Of a stretch of DNA of 32,089 nucleotides, positions 22,510 through 32,089 are shown piece after piece (within the stretch, counting starts at the first letter, position 1; every line of letters begins with the position of its first letter). The DNA comes from Chiloscyllium plagiosum. Its lineage: Eukaryota. The stretch covers positions 13,628,364 through 13,660,452 of the forward strand of contig NC_057754.1 of the NCBI RefSeq assembly GCF_004010195.1. Reading direction: 5' to 3'. A model generated the notes under the pieces. It searched no databases and was not told the origin of the DNA. It worked only from the letters and a program-made list of their open reading frames with translations. The translations under genes were made by a program, and so were the position numbers.

Positions 22510-23243
22510 ACAAGGTTAAAAGCAGGATTTTTGGTGAGTGTCGAGGAACAGCGGGATGGTGGGGTTCAATCCATAGATCCCTGATAGTTGTCAACCAAGT
22601 TGTTCGGAGCTTTGAGAATGTGTATGGTGTGTTGGCTTTCATTAGCAGGGAGATTGAGTTTAAGAGTCACAAAGTTATGCTGCAGCTGTATAGACCCCTG
22701 GTTAAACCACACTTGGAATTTTATCTTCAGTTCTGGTTGCCTCATTATCAGAAAGATGTGGAAGCTAGAGAGGGCGCAGAGGAGATTTATCAGGATGCTG
22801 CCTGGACTGGAGGGCAGGCCTTATGAAGAAAGGCAGAGGGAGCTAGGGCTTTTCTCATTGAGGATGATAAGTCACTTGATAGAGGTGCACAAGATGATGC
22901 GAGTCTGAGATAGAGTGGATAGCCGGAGAATTATCCCATTGTGAAGTTGGCTATCAGAAGGGGGCATAATTTAAAGGTGATTGGACGAAGGTTCAGGGTC
23001 TTTGTCAGAGGTAGGTTCTTTACAAAGCGAGTGGTGGATGCGTGGAATGCACTGCCAACGGTGGTATTTGAGTCAATTACATTAGGGATATTTAATTAAC
23101 TCTTCGATAGGCACATGGATAATAGTAAAATGTAGGGTCTGTAGATTATAGTTTGATCACAGAGTAGGATAAAAGGTCGGCACATCATTGAGGGCCGAAG
23201 GGCCTGTAGTGTGCTGTACTGTTCTATGTTCTGTGTTCTATAT
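22510..23243 (+). mobile_element. CR1 LINE 3' portion with tail
   Basis: YGVLAFISREIEFKSHKVMLQLYRPLVKPHLEF. Highly similar to 11135-11810. Tail gttctatgttctgtgttcta at 23221-23240. Confidence 0.93.
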
Positions 23244-24109
23244 AGGAAGGGTTACAATGGCACGCAGATGTTTCAGAAAGCTGGAGAGGAAGATAATCTG
23301 GAGCAAGATACACAAATACGACGGGTTACTAGGAATGTCAGAGGTAACAGAGACAGCAATGGTCTGATCAGGCGCAGATGATCAGGCGCAGAACTCCGAG
23401 AGTTCTGTGGATTAGACGTGGTTTCACCAGGAAGGAGGAACGTAGAGCCACAGGAGGTTACAGAATTGTGGAGAGCTGTAGGGCCTACATGGAAATGGGG
23501 AGGTTGAGAGGGATTGAGCAGTTTACAGGCATAAGGATGTCGGGAGGATGGGGTGGTTTACACAGACAAGGAGTGCTTTAAGAGCAGATTACAGAGCTAA
23601 AGTAGTTTGTACAAATTGAAAAAACAAGCAAACATACGCAGAGTAGTCAGACCAAAGATGTTTATAGATATAGGAAGGCTAAGGTTCTGGAATTTATTTG
23701 GATATGGAGGGTGTGGAGTCTGACAGATTTTCTGAGAGATAAGGACTGCAATTTTGTTTGGAGACAGTTTCACAGAAAAAAAAGGACCATTAGTAAGCTC
23801 CTGCAGTTTGGTCAAGGGAAGGGTTGTCGGAGAGGGTGACATTTACACAGATTGGGATGTCAGAGCTGGAGGAGATTATGGCGATGAGTAGATGGATGGA
23901 GAGACTGGAGGAGATTACTTTCACAGGGTGGGTGCTAGCGACAGGAGGATGTTATATAGACAGTGGGTCTTGTAGGAACTGGATCGGGAGAGACACAGGC
24001 ATTGGAGTGAGTTCTACAGATCGAGAGTGCAGCAGGGACCTTAGAAGATTGTAGGGTCTCCAAAGATTGATTATGCCATTAGGACAGGAAGAGGTTATGT
24101 AGATACAGA

Positions 24110-25912
24110 AACCTTAAAGCCAATGTATGCCACCTTCTTTTTCCTGAACAGAGCCTCAATATCCCCCACCAGCCAGGGATCCCTGAACCTGCCTGCATGT
24201 CCCTTCATCCGAACAGGGACATACTGACACTGGATGCTTGAGATCACACTTTTCAATGCCTCCCATTTGCCAGTCGTTCCTTTTTATTCAAACAGACTCA
24301 CCCAATCGATGGTAGTCATGATTTGGAGATGTCAGTGTTGGACTGGGGTGGGCAAAGTTAAAAGTCACACAACACCACGTGCAGCAGGTTTGTTTGGAAG
24401 CGCTAGTTTTCGGAGCACTGCTCCTTTATTGGTGATTGTGGAGCACAGTCATAAGGCACAGAATTTATAGCAACAGGATAGCCGTGTCATGGAATGTAAT
24501 ATCAAACAAATTTAGATTAAGTCTTTCATCTTTTGGACCGATCAATAGCGCTTCCAAATCTAGTTGGACTATAAACAAGTGTTGTGTGATTTTTAGCTTT
24601 ACCCAAACGACCTCTGCTAGATCCTGCCTAATGGCCCCAAAGCTGGCGCTGCTCCAGTTTAGCATCTTGGTCTGTGGACCTGTTCGATGTTTTTCCATAA
24701 TTATGTGAATTCTCAGACAATTGTGGTCACTGGACCCAGACTGCTGTCCGACTGAGACTTTAGTCACTTGCCTGACCACGGTTTCTGAGGGGAGGTCCAG
24801 TGTTGCACCCGCCTGAGTAGAGTTAGGCCGTCTACATCTTGATTTAGGAAATGTTCTTGGGCATATTTGACAAATTTCACTCCGTACGGGCCTTTTACAC
24901 TCTGGGTGGCCCAGTCAATCCAGGGGAAATTAAAATCTCCAAACAATACTACTCTATTATTCCTACTGTTATCACCAATCTCTCAACACATCTGCTCCTC
25001 TAGTATCCGGTGGCTTTTTGAGGGTCATAACACAGTCCCAACAGTGTGACCATGCTCTTTTTGTTTATAACTTCCAAACATGTGGCCTCATTTGATAACC
25101 GCTTAAGAGTATCCTCTCTAAACACTGTTGTTATGTCCTCCTTTATCAAAAGGGCAGCACACCCTCCTCACTTACTTGCCCTTTTGTCACGCTTGTAGTT
25201 TCTGTATCCTGGAACACTGAGCTGCCAGTCCTGCCCTTCTCTCAGCCATGTCTCTGTTATGGCTAGAATATGCCAGTCCCCAGAGCCATTCCATGCTCTG
25301 AGCTTGTCTGCCTTGCCAGTCAGGTCTCGCGTGTTGAAATAAATGCTCATTAAACCAGAAATCTTTTCCCTTCCTTTACTGTTTACCCGAATATCCTGAA
25401 TAGGAAACTTGCTCTTGTTGGCTGATGTATCTTCCCCTAAATGGTAAATGGACCCTCTCTTATTCAGAGTCCCAAACTTCTGCCAAACTAGTTGAGACCC
25501 TTCCAGGATAACACTAGCAAATCTCCCTCCCGGGATACTGGTGACCCTCTGGTTCAAGTCCAACCCATCCCTCTTTTACAGGTCACCTCTACCCCAGAAG
25601 AGATCCCATTGATCCAAGAACTGAAAACCCTGCCCCTTTCACCTGCTCCTCAGCCACACATCCATCCAGCCTATCTTTCTATTTCTATCCTTACTGGCAC
25701 ATGGCACTGGGAGTAATCCAGAGATTACTCCCAGAGATTACTTGAGGTCGTGCTTTTTAAATTCTTACTGAAATCCCTGTACTAATTTCACAAGACCCCA
25801 TTCCTTTGTCTATCTTGGTCAATCGTACAAATGTGCACAATGGTCTCTGGCTGTTCACACTCTCCGTTCCGAATGTTCTGCTATTATTCAGAGACATCCT
25901 TGACCCTGGCAC
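24110..25912 (-). mobile_element. CR1 LINE 5' part: ORF1 SGNH-esterase remnant (~25490-25912) plus ORF2 endonuclease (~24110-25360)
   Basis: ORF1: ARVKDVSE, VHICTID (VHIGTND block), ISGLLPVP, DLFWGRGDL.KRDGLDLN (DGLH block). ORF2: SIYFNTRDLTGKADKLRAW..AITETWLREGQDWQL, FGDFNFPWIDW, SSDHN. Confidence 0.88.
24310..24600. mobile_element. Fold-back element, copy 3 (older, diverged)
   Basis: The long arm from 24318 is homologous to 15540-15705. The short inverted arm 24546-24600 pairs with 24354-24405, leaving a 36-bp overhang. Flanked by ACCCAATCGA (24300-24309) and ACCCAAACGA (24601-24610). Confidence 0.8.
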
Positions 25913-25919
25913 ACGAGTG

Positions 25920-26285
25920 TCCTACATAGGACAAACAGGAAGACAGGCTAACGACCCGCATCCATGAACACCAACTAGCCACGAAACGACACGACCAGCT
26001 ATCCTTAGTAGCCACACACGCAGATGACAAGCAACATGAATTCGACTGGGACAACACAACTATTATAGGACAAGCCAAACAGAGAACAGCCACGGAATTC
26101 CTAGAGGAATGGCACTCATCCACAGATTCAATCAACAAGTACATTGACCTGGACCCAATATACCGACCACTGCAGCGGACAGCTGGAACTGACAACCAGA
26201 AGCGGCAGACACAAATCACTATCAATGCAGGAGGAAACATCACAGAATCGCTTCACAGTAGGCGGCCAAGCACTGAGGATGTTAC
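25920..26285 (+). mobile_element. Penelope-like element, GIY-YIG C-terminal part, same family as 14745-15157
   Basis: YIGQTGRQ/LTTRIHEHQLATKRHDQLSLVATHADDKQHEFDWDNTTIIGQAKQRTATEFLEEWHS. Ends at GCACTGAGGATGTTAC. Confidence 0.9.
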
Positions 26286-26344
26286 AAAGCCAGTACGGAT
26301 TGCTGCAGCTGAAGGGGTTTGCAGGGAGGGAGGGACATATGTAT

Positions 26345-26562
26345 TTTTATTTATTCATTCATGGGATGAGGATGCCACTGTTTGGACCATCAATCTTTGC
26401 CCCCACAGGTAATTGCCCAGAAGGTAGCTCAAGGTCAGCCAAATTGTTGTGGGTCTGGAGTCACGTGGAGGCCAGACCAGGTTAGTGTGTCAGGTGTCCT
26501 TCCCTAAAGCAGGTAAGTGAAGTAGATGAGTTCATCCTGCTGATCAACAACGGTTTCATGGT
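26345..26562 (-). mobile_element. Deu-domain SINE, 5'-truncated
   Basis: The reverse complement contains ttagggaagga..cctggtctggcctccacgtgactccagacccacaacaa and ends gggcaa..catcccatgaatgaataa. Confidence 0.7.
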
Positions 26563-26569
26563 GGCCTTG

Positions 26570-27130
26570 CCAATGTCTTGTACAGATACACCATGACATC
26601 CTTCTCCTACTTTCAATGCTCTGACCAATGAAGGTAGCCATCCTAAACGCCTGCTTCACTAGCCTGTCTACCTGTGACACCACTTTCAAATAACTGTGTA
26701 CCTGCATCCCTGGGTCACTGACTGACAAGACAACCAAGGGCCCGAACGTTAACTGTACAAGTCCCACCCTGGTTTGTTTCACCAAAATGGAACACTTCAC
26801 ATGTATCTAATTAAACTCCATCTGCTATTCTTCAGCCCACTATCCCAGCAGTGCTGTACATCCTGTTGAACAACCTTCTTCACTGTCCACTTTACCACCA
26901 ATTTCCACCCAAAAAACCTAATACCAGGAAACCAATATTCCCATCCAAACCATTTATCCAAATGACAAACAACAGTGGGCCCACTACACCGCTGGTCACA
27001 TGCCTCCAGTCAGAAAAACAAAATGTCTCTCATCACCCTCTATCTCCTACTATCAAGCAAAGTTTGTAGCCAGTTCCTCGCTCTTCCTGAATGCCATATC
27101 CTTTTACATTGATCTGAGATTATTACCCAG
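26570..27130 (-). mobile_element. Old CR1 RT fragment
   Basis: QVHSYLKVVSQVDRLVKQAFRMATFIGQSIESR, plus a GPLLFVIWING remnant. Confidence 0.75.
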
Positions 27131-27144
27131 TTTACCATAGAGAC

Positions 27145-29385
27145 ACAGAACACAGAACAGTACAACACAAGACCCTTCGGCCATGATGCCATGCCAACCG
27201 TTTATCCGACTGTATGATCAAACTAATCTATGTACCCTTCATTTTATTATCATCCATGTGCCTACCCAGAAGTATATTAAATGTCCCGAATGCATCTAAT
27301 TTTACTGCCACCGCTGGCAATGCATTCCACTCATCCATCACTCTATATGTAACGAACCTACCTCTGAAATCTCCCCTTTACCATCCGCAAATCACCTGAA
27401 AATTATACCCCCTTGCAGTAGCAATTTATGTCAGGTTAAAAAAAATGTCTCTCACTATTCACTCTCTCTTTGCCTCATCATCGTGTTCGCCTCTACCAAG
27501 TCACCCCTCACACTTCTTCACTCCAATGAGAAAATCCTTAGATCTCTCAAGCTTTCTTCATAAGACATGCTCTCCAGTACAGGCAGCATCCTGGTAAATC
27601 TCCTCTTTACCCTCTCTAAAGCTTCCACATCCATCCTGTAATGAGGGGACCAGAACTGAACACAATATTCACTGGGATCAAACCAGGGCTCTATAGAACT
27701 GCAGCATAACTGCACGGCTCTAAAACTCAATCCCCCAGCTAATGAAATCCAGCACAATATATTCCTTCTTAACAAGCCTATCAGCTTGTGTGGCAACTTT
27801 GAGGGGTCTATGGACTTGGAACTCCACACTGCCAAGGATCCTACCTTTAACCCTGCATTATGCACTCAAATTCAGTCTTCCAAAATGAATGACTTCCCAC
27901 TTTTGCAACTCCATCTGCCACTTCTCAGCCCAGCTCTACATCCTGTCAATGTCCCGTTGCAACCTACAACAGCCCTCCACACTATCAGCCACTCCACCAA
28001 ACTTCATGTCATTGCCAAACCTACTAACCCAGTGTTCCACACATATCCAAGTTATTTATAAAATCACAAAGAGCAGAAGTCCTGTAACCTCTCCCTGCAG
28101 AAAACCACTGGTCACTGAGCTCCAGGATGAATGCTTTCCGTTCAACACCCTCGATCTTCTTTGGGCCAGGTATTCTGTGTCCAGACAAACAGGTTTCCCT
28201 GTATCCCATGTCTCTATACTTTATGAATGAGCCATAAAGGTGTTTTGTCACATCGTCAATGGACTCAATAAGATTTGCAAGCCATAACCTGCCCCTTAAA
28301 ACGCCATGCTGGCTATCTCTAATCAAACTATGGTTTTCCAAGGTATTATAAATCCTGTCTTGAAGTCTTCTCCAATAATCTGTGCACCACAGACACAAGA
28401 CTGACAAGTCTGAAATTCCCAGCATTATCCGGATTCCCTTTCCTGAACAAGGGAATAACATTTGCCGCCCTCCAACCATCTGGTACAACTCCAGTGGGCA
28501 GTGAGGGCGCAAAGGTCATCGCCAAGTGCACAGCAATGTCTTCCCTCACTTCGTGTAGTAACTTTGGGCACATCCCGTCTGGTCCAATAGAGTTATTTAC
28601 CCTTATGTTTTACACAATACTCAGCACATCCTCATTCTTAACATCAACCTGTTCATATATATCAGCCTATTTCACTCTGTCCTCACAAATGACAAGGTCC
28701 CTCTCAGCAGTGAATACTGAAGCACAGTATGCATTAAGGAAATCCCCTACCTCTTCCGACTTCAGACACAAGTTCCCTCCACTATCCCTGATCGGCCCTA
28801 CCCTCACTCTGGCCATGCTCTTGTTCCACACAGAAGTGGAGAATGCCTTACGGTTTTCCTTAATGCTTCCCAACAAAGTTTTTTCATGCCCCCTTCCAGC
28901 TGTCCTAAGTCCATTCCTCAGTTCGTTCCTGGTACCTTCAGAGACTCCCTGCAGTGTGGAAACAGGGCATTTGGCCCAACACCTCCATATCAACCCTCCA
29001 AACTGTACCCTAACCAGACCCACCCCCCCAACCTAATTCTCTCCATTTGCCCCGACTAATGCACCAAACCTATACATCCGTGAACACTATGGGTAATTTA
29101 GCATGGCTGAGTCACCTGACATGCACACCCTTGGGCTGTGAAGGGAATCCGGAGAACCTGGAGGAAACCCATGCTGACACGGGGAGAATGTGCAAACCCA
29201 ACACAGACATTCGCCTGAGGCTGGAATCGAATTGGAGTCCATGGTGCTATGAGGTAGCAGTGCTAACCACTGAGCCATCGTGCTGTTCCATGTTACCCTC
29301 TAGAAACCTGTCTGACCCTCGACTTCTCAACCTTAAATAAGCTTCCTTCTTCCTCTTGACTAGATGTTCTACATCCCTTCAAACC
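27145..29385 (-). mobile_element. CR1 LINE (tether, RT, 3' tail), interrupted by an HE1 SINE
   Basis: GVVPDGWRAANVIPLFRKG..NFRLVSL, RDSQHGVLRGRLWLANLIE and EYCVQFWSPHYRMDVEALERVKRRFTRMLP. Tail acagaacacagaacag at ~27145-27160. Confidence 0.92.
28942..29287 (-). mobile_element. HE1-like V-SINE (tRNA-derived)
   Basis: The minus strand has an A box (tggctcagtggttagc), a B box (attcgattcc), the V-domain gtttgcacattctccccgtgtcagcatgggtttcctcc..ctcc and gccatgctaaattaccc, and a CR1-like 3' tail. Confidence 0.85.
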
Positions 29386-30030
29386 CTGTTAAATGCTTTG
29401 CTATCCATGTGGACAAAGTTCACTGCTCTGCCTTCATCTATCTCTTGGCCACCTCCTTGAAGAGTCAATCCAGTTTGTGAAACACGGTTTTCCACTCACA
29501 AAGCCATGCTGACTATCTCTAATCAGCCCTTGCCTTTCCAAATACACACAGCTCCTTTCTCTCAGAATTTCCTCCAACAACCTCCTATCACTGGACTCAC
29601 TGGTTTGCAGTTTCCTGGCTTTTCCTTGCAGCCCTTAAGTGATGGAACAGCATTATGTTCCCTCCAGTCTTCCAACACCTCACTGTGTCTGTTGATAATA
29701 TAAATATCTCTGTAAGGGACACTGCAATCTCTTCCCTAGCGTCCCATAATATTTTAAGACCGACCTAATGAGCTACTGAGGATTGATCTACCTTTATTTG
29801 TTTTAAGATTCCAGCACGTTCTCTTCTCTGTTGAGGATTCTTTCCAAGACATCACTATTTATTTCCCCAAGTTCCCGAGCTTCCATGTCTTGCTCCACAG
29901 TAAATACTGACAAGACTGTTTTGTCTAACATCTCACCCATCTCCTCTGTTTCCACACATAGGCGACCTAATTGATCTTTAAGGGGCCCTATTCTCTACTA
30001 AGTTACTCTTTAGCCCTTAATGAAACTTGC
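29385..30030 (-). mobile_element. Old CR1 fragment (tether/RT start)
   Basis: The reverse complement has KPGNCKPVS (NYRPVS-like) and DSQHGFVSGKPCFTN remnants. Confidence 0.7.
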
Positions 30031-30289
30031 GTAAAGGCTTCTGATAATTGAAATACACCATATCCCCTATACCACTGCACCCCTCCAACATCATTACAAT
30101 TCTGCCATTTATATTCACACCAACAAATAAAATCCAACAGGCTCAGAAACAAATTCTCTTTTAGAAAATGTATTTCTAAGTGGCCAGTTATTGTATATTG
30201 ACATGTCCTTTCTAACAATTTCAGTATGGTCCCGACTTACTGTCAGGCTAACACGATTTGTTTTCAGACTGACAGCAGAAAGTGTTATG

Positions 30290-30665
30290 GGAGTTTTTGT
30301 TCATCAATCTGAAAAAGGTAACTTACAGGGTCAGCAGGTAATAGAGAAGGCAAGTCAAATGCTGGCATGTATTACAAAGGGAATGGAGTCTAAGTATAGG
30401 GAGGTCTTGGAAAAGCTTCACAAGATGCGAGTCAGACCACACCTAGAATATTATTAACAGTGTGAGTGCCTGAACGAACGATATTCTTGCAATGGGGGTA
30501 GGCCAGAGAAGGGTCACTCGGCTGATCCCCAGAATGGATGAATTTTCTAATAAGAAGTGGTGGAGGAGGTTGAGGTTGAACCCATTGAAGTTTAGAAAAA
30601 TAAGAGAGAAATGAAACGTAACATCCAAGATTCTGAGGAGCTTTGACAGGGTAGATGCTGGGAAG
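30290..30665 (+). mobile_element. Old CR1 RT C-terminal fragment
   Basis: QVIEKASQMLACITKGMESKYREVLEKLHKMRVRPHLEYY. Confidence 0.8.
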
Positions 30666-31089
30666 TTAGCAATGCTCCCGAGGACTTTATCATTAAGTGT
30701 ATAAGTCCCAACTTTCCCCAACTGCAGAACCTCACATTTTTCTAAATTAAACTCCATCTGCCACTCCACAGCCCATTCGCCTATCTGATTAAGTTCCCAA
30801 TGTACCTGAGGTAATCTTTTTTACTGTCCACTACACCTCCAATGTTGGTGTGATCTGCAAACTTACTAACCATACCTCCTATGTTCTCATCCCAGTCATT
30901 TACAAAATGACGAAATGTAGTGGATCAAGCAGCGATCGTTGTGACACTCCACTGGTCACAGACTTCTAGTCTGAAAAGCAGCCCTCTACCACTCTGTCTT
31001 CTACCTTTTGAGCCAGTTCTGTACTCAAATGGTTGGTTTCCTCTGTATTCCATGAGATCTAACCTTGCTAACCAGTCTCCCATGAGGAG
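30665..31089 (-). mobile_element. CR1 RT fragment ending at a gap
   Basis: PHGRLVSKVRSHGIQ, SKFADHTNIGG and EWQMEFNLEKCEVLQLG. Confidence 0.85.
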
Positions 31090-31589
31090 NNNNNNNNNNN
31101 NNNNNNNNNNNNNNNNNNNNNNNNNNNNNNNNNNNNNNNNNNNNNNNNNNNNNNNNNNNNNNNNNNNNNNNNNNNNNNNNNNNNNNNNNNNNNNNNNNNN
31201 NNNNNNNNNNNNNNNNNNNNNNNNNNNNNNNNNNNNNNNNNNNNNNNNNNNNNNNNNNNNNNNNNNNNNNNNNNNNNNNNNNNNNNNNNNNNNNNNNNNN
31301 NNNNNNNNNNNNNNNNNNNNNNNNNNNNNNNNNNNNNNNNNNNNNNNNNNNNNNNNNNNNNNNNNNNNNNNNNNNNNNNNNNNNNNNNNNNNNNNNNNNN
31401 NNNNNNNNNNNNNNNNNNNNNNNNNNNNNNNNNNNNNNNNNNNNNNNNNNNNNNNNNNNNNNNNNNNNNNNNNNNNNNNNNNNNNNNNNNNNNNNNNNNN
31501 NNNNNNNNNNNNNNNNNNNNNNNNNNNNNNNNNNNNNNNNNNNNNNNNNNNNNNNNNNNNNNNNNNNNNNNNNNNNNNNNNNNNNNNNN
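31090..31589. other. Assembly gap, exactly 500 N (other gaps: 8919-9095, 13275-13363)
   Basis: N run. The round size suggests a scaffolding placeholder. Confidence 0.95.
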
Positions 31590-31649
31590 CACCCCCTCAC
31601 TTTCTCGACCCTTTCTCTCTCTCCACCTTCTATCTCTCTCGACCCCGTG

Positions 31650-31849
31650 GACGGCGTGGATATTACACGCGGGGACAGAGTCCATCAGGAAACAAAACTG
31701 TTCCCGATAAACAATGGGAATGTGTCTCAGTATCAGGTCGAGGATAATGACAAGGAGATCCGCCGCTGCCATAGCCCCCAGGAAACGTCTGACACATGGA
31801 GACAATCCACAATCTTTATAAAGCAAGACGTAGATAGTCACTACGTTAA
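31650..31849 (-). CDS. Partial coding exon of a class A GPCR, GPR139/GPR142-like (end of TM1 to start of TM3); may be truncated or a pseudogene
   Basis: Polypyrimidine acceptor gctttccttcctctcAG (AG at 31851-31850), phase 1. It is followed by (V)NVVTIYVLLYKDCGLSPCVRRFLGAMAAADLLVIILDLILRHIPIVYREQFCFLMDSVPACNIHAV, with N1.50, AxADL (D2.50) and C3.25. The CGLSxCxxxxLxAMAAADLLV block is typical of shark GPR139-like receptors. Confidence 0.8.
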
Positions 31850-32089
31850 CTGAGAGGAAGGAAAGCAAACCGATTATACATCAGCCTGTAGGCAAAGGTA
31901 CCCGTTTGATTCGGGACCCAGTGAGTTTTTCAAATGTGTCCCTGTATTCAGGGATTTATTAAAATAATTGGAGCTGGAATGACAACTGAGAAGGTCTGAA
32001 TTATTGACAAAAATGTGACATACACTACAAGAAACCCTCCCTCCCCAAACACACAGAGACACATCCATAAGGACAGATGGTTTCTAGAA

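Noticed and set aside
29215..29287. tRNA gene
   Set aside because: The A and B boxes belong to an HE1-like SINE head and no complete cloverleaf forms. The same applies to the heads at ~5530-5610 and ~20730-20815.
30920..31747. Long ORFs spanning N runs (also 8546-9351 and 13126-13672)
   Set aside because: Their lengths are inflated by translating gaps as X.

Overview
This is eukaryotic vertebrate genomic DNA, not prokaryotic. The repeat repertoire (HE1/V-SINE, Deu-domain SINE, CR1-type LINEs, Penelope-like elements) points to a cartilaginous fish, probably a shark. Most of the window is nested, decayed retroelements: many CR1-clade LINE fragments (SGNH-esterase ORF1, APE endonuclease, RT), a second CR1/L2-group LINE family, Penelope-like (GIY-YIG) fragments, tRNA-derived SINEs, mini/microsatellites and three N gaps (8919-9095, 13275-13363, 31090-31589). 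Nearly all ORFs in the track are pieces or antisense shadows of these repeats. The only host-gene signal is a minus-strand exon fragment of a GPR139/142-like class A GPCR (31650-31849) that breaks off in TM3. The most interesting structures are (i) three TSD-flanked fold-back elements, two with intact minimal hammerhead-ribozyme cores, all sharing a 35-38 bp one-sided overhang, and (ii) a 331-bp, ~97% identical local inverted duplication with a templated 23-bp junction repeat. I found no evidence for a new protein-coding system. Repeat family assignments come from recognising motifs by eye, not from database searches, and repeat boundaries are approximate.
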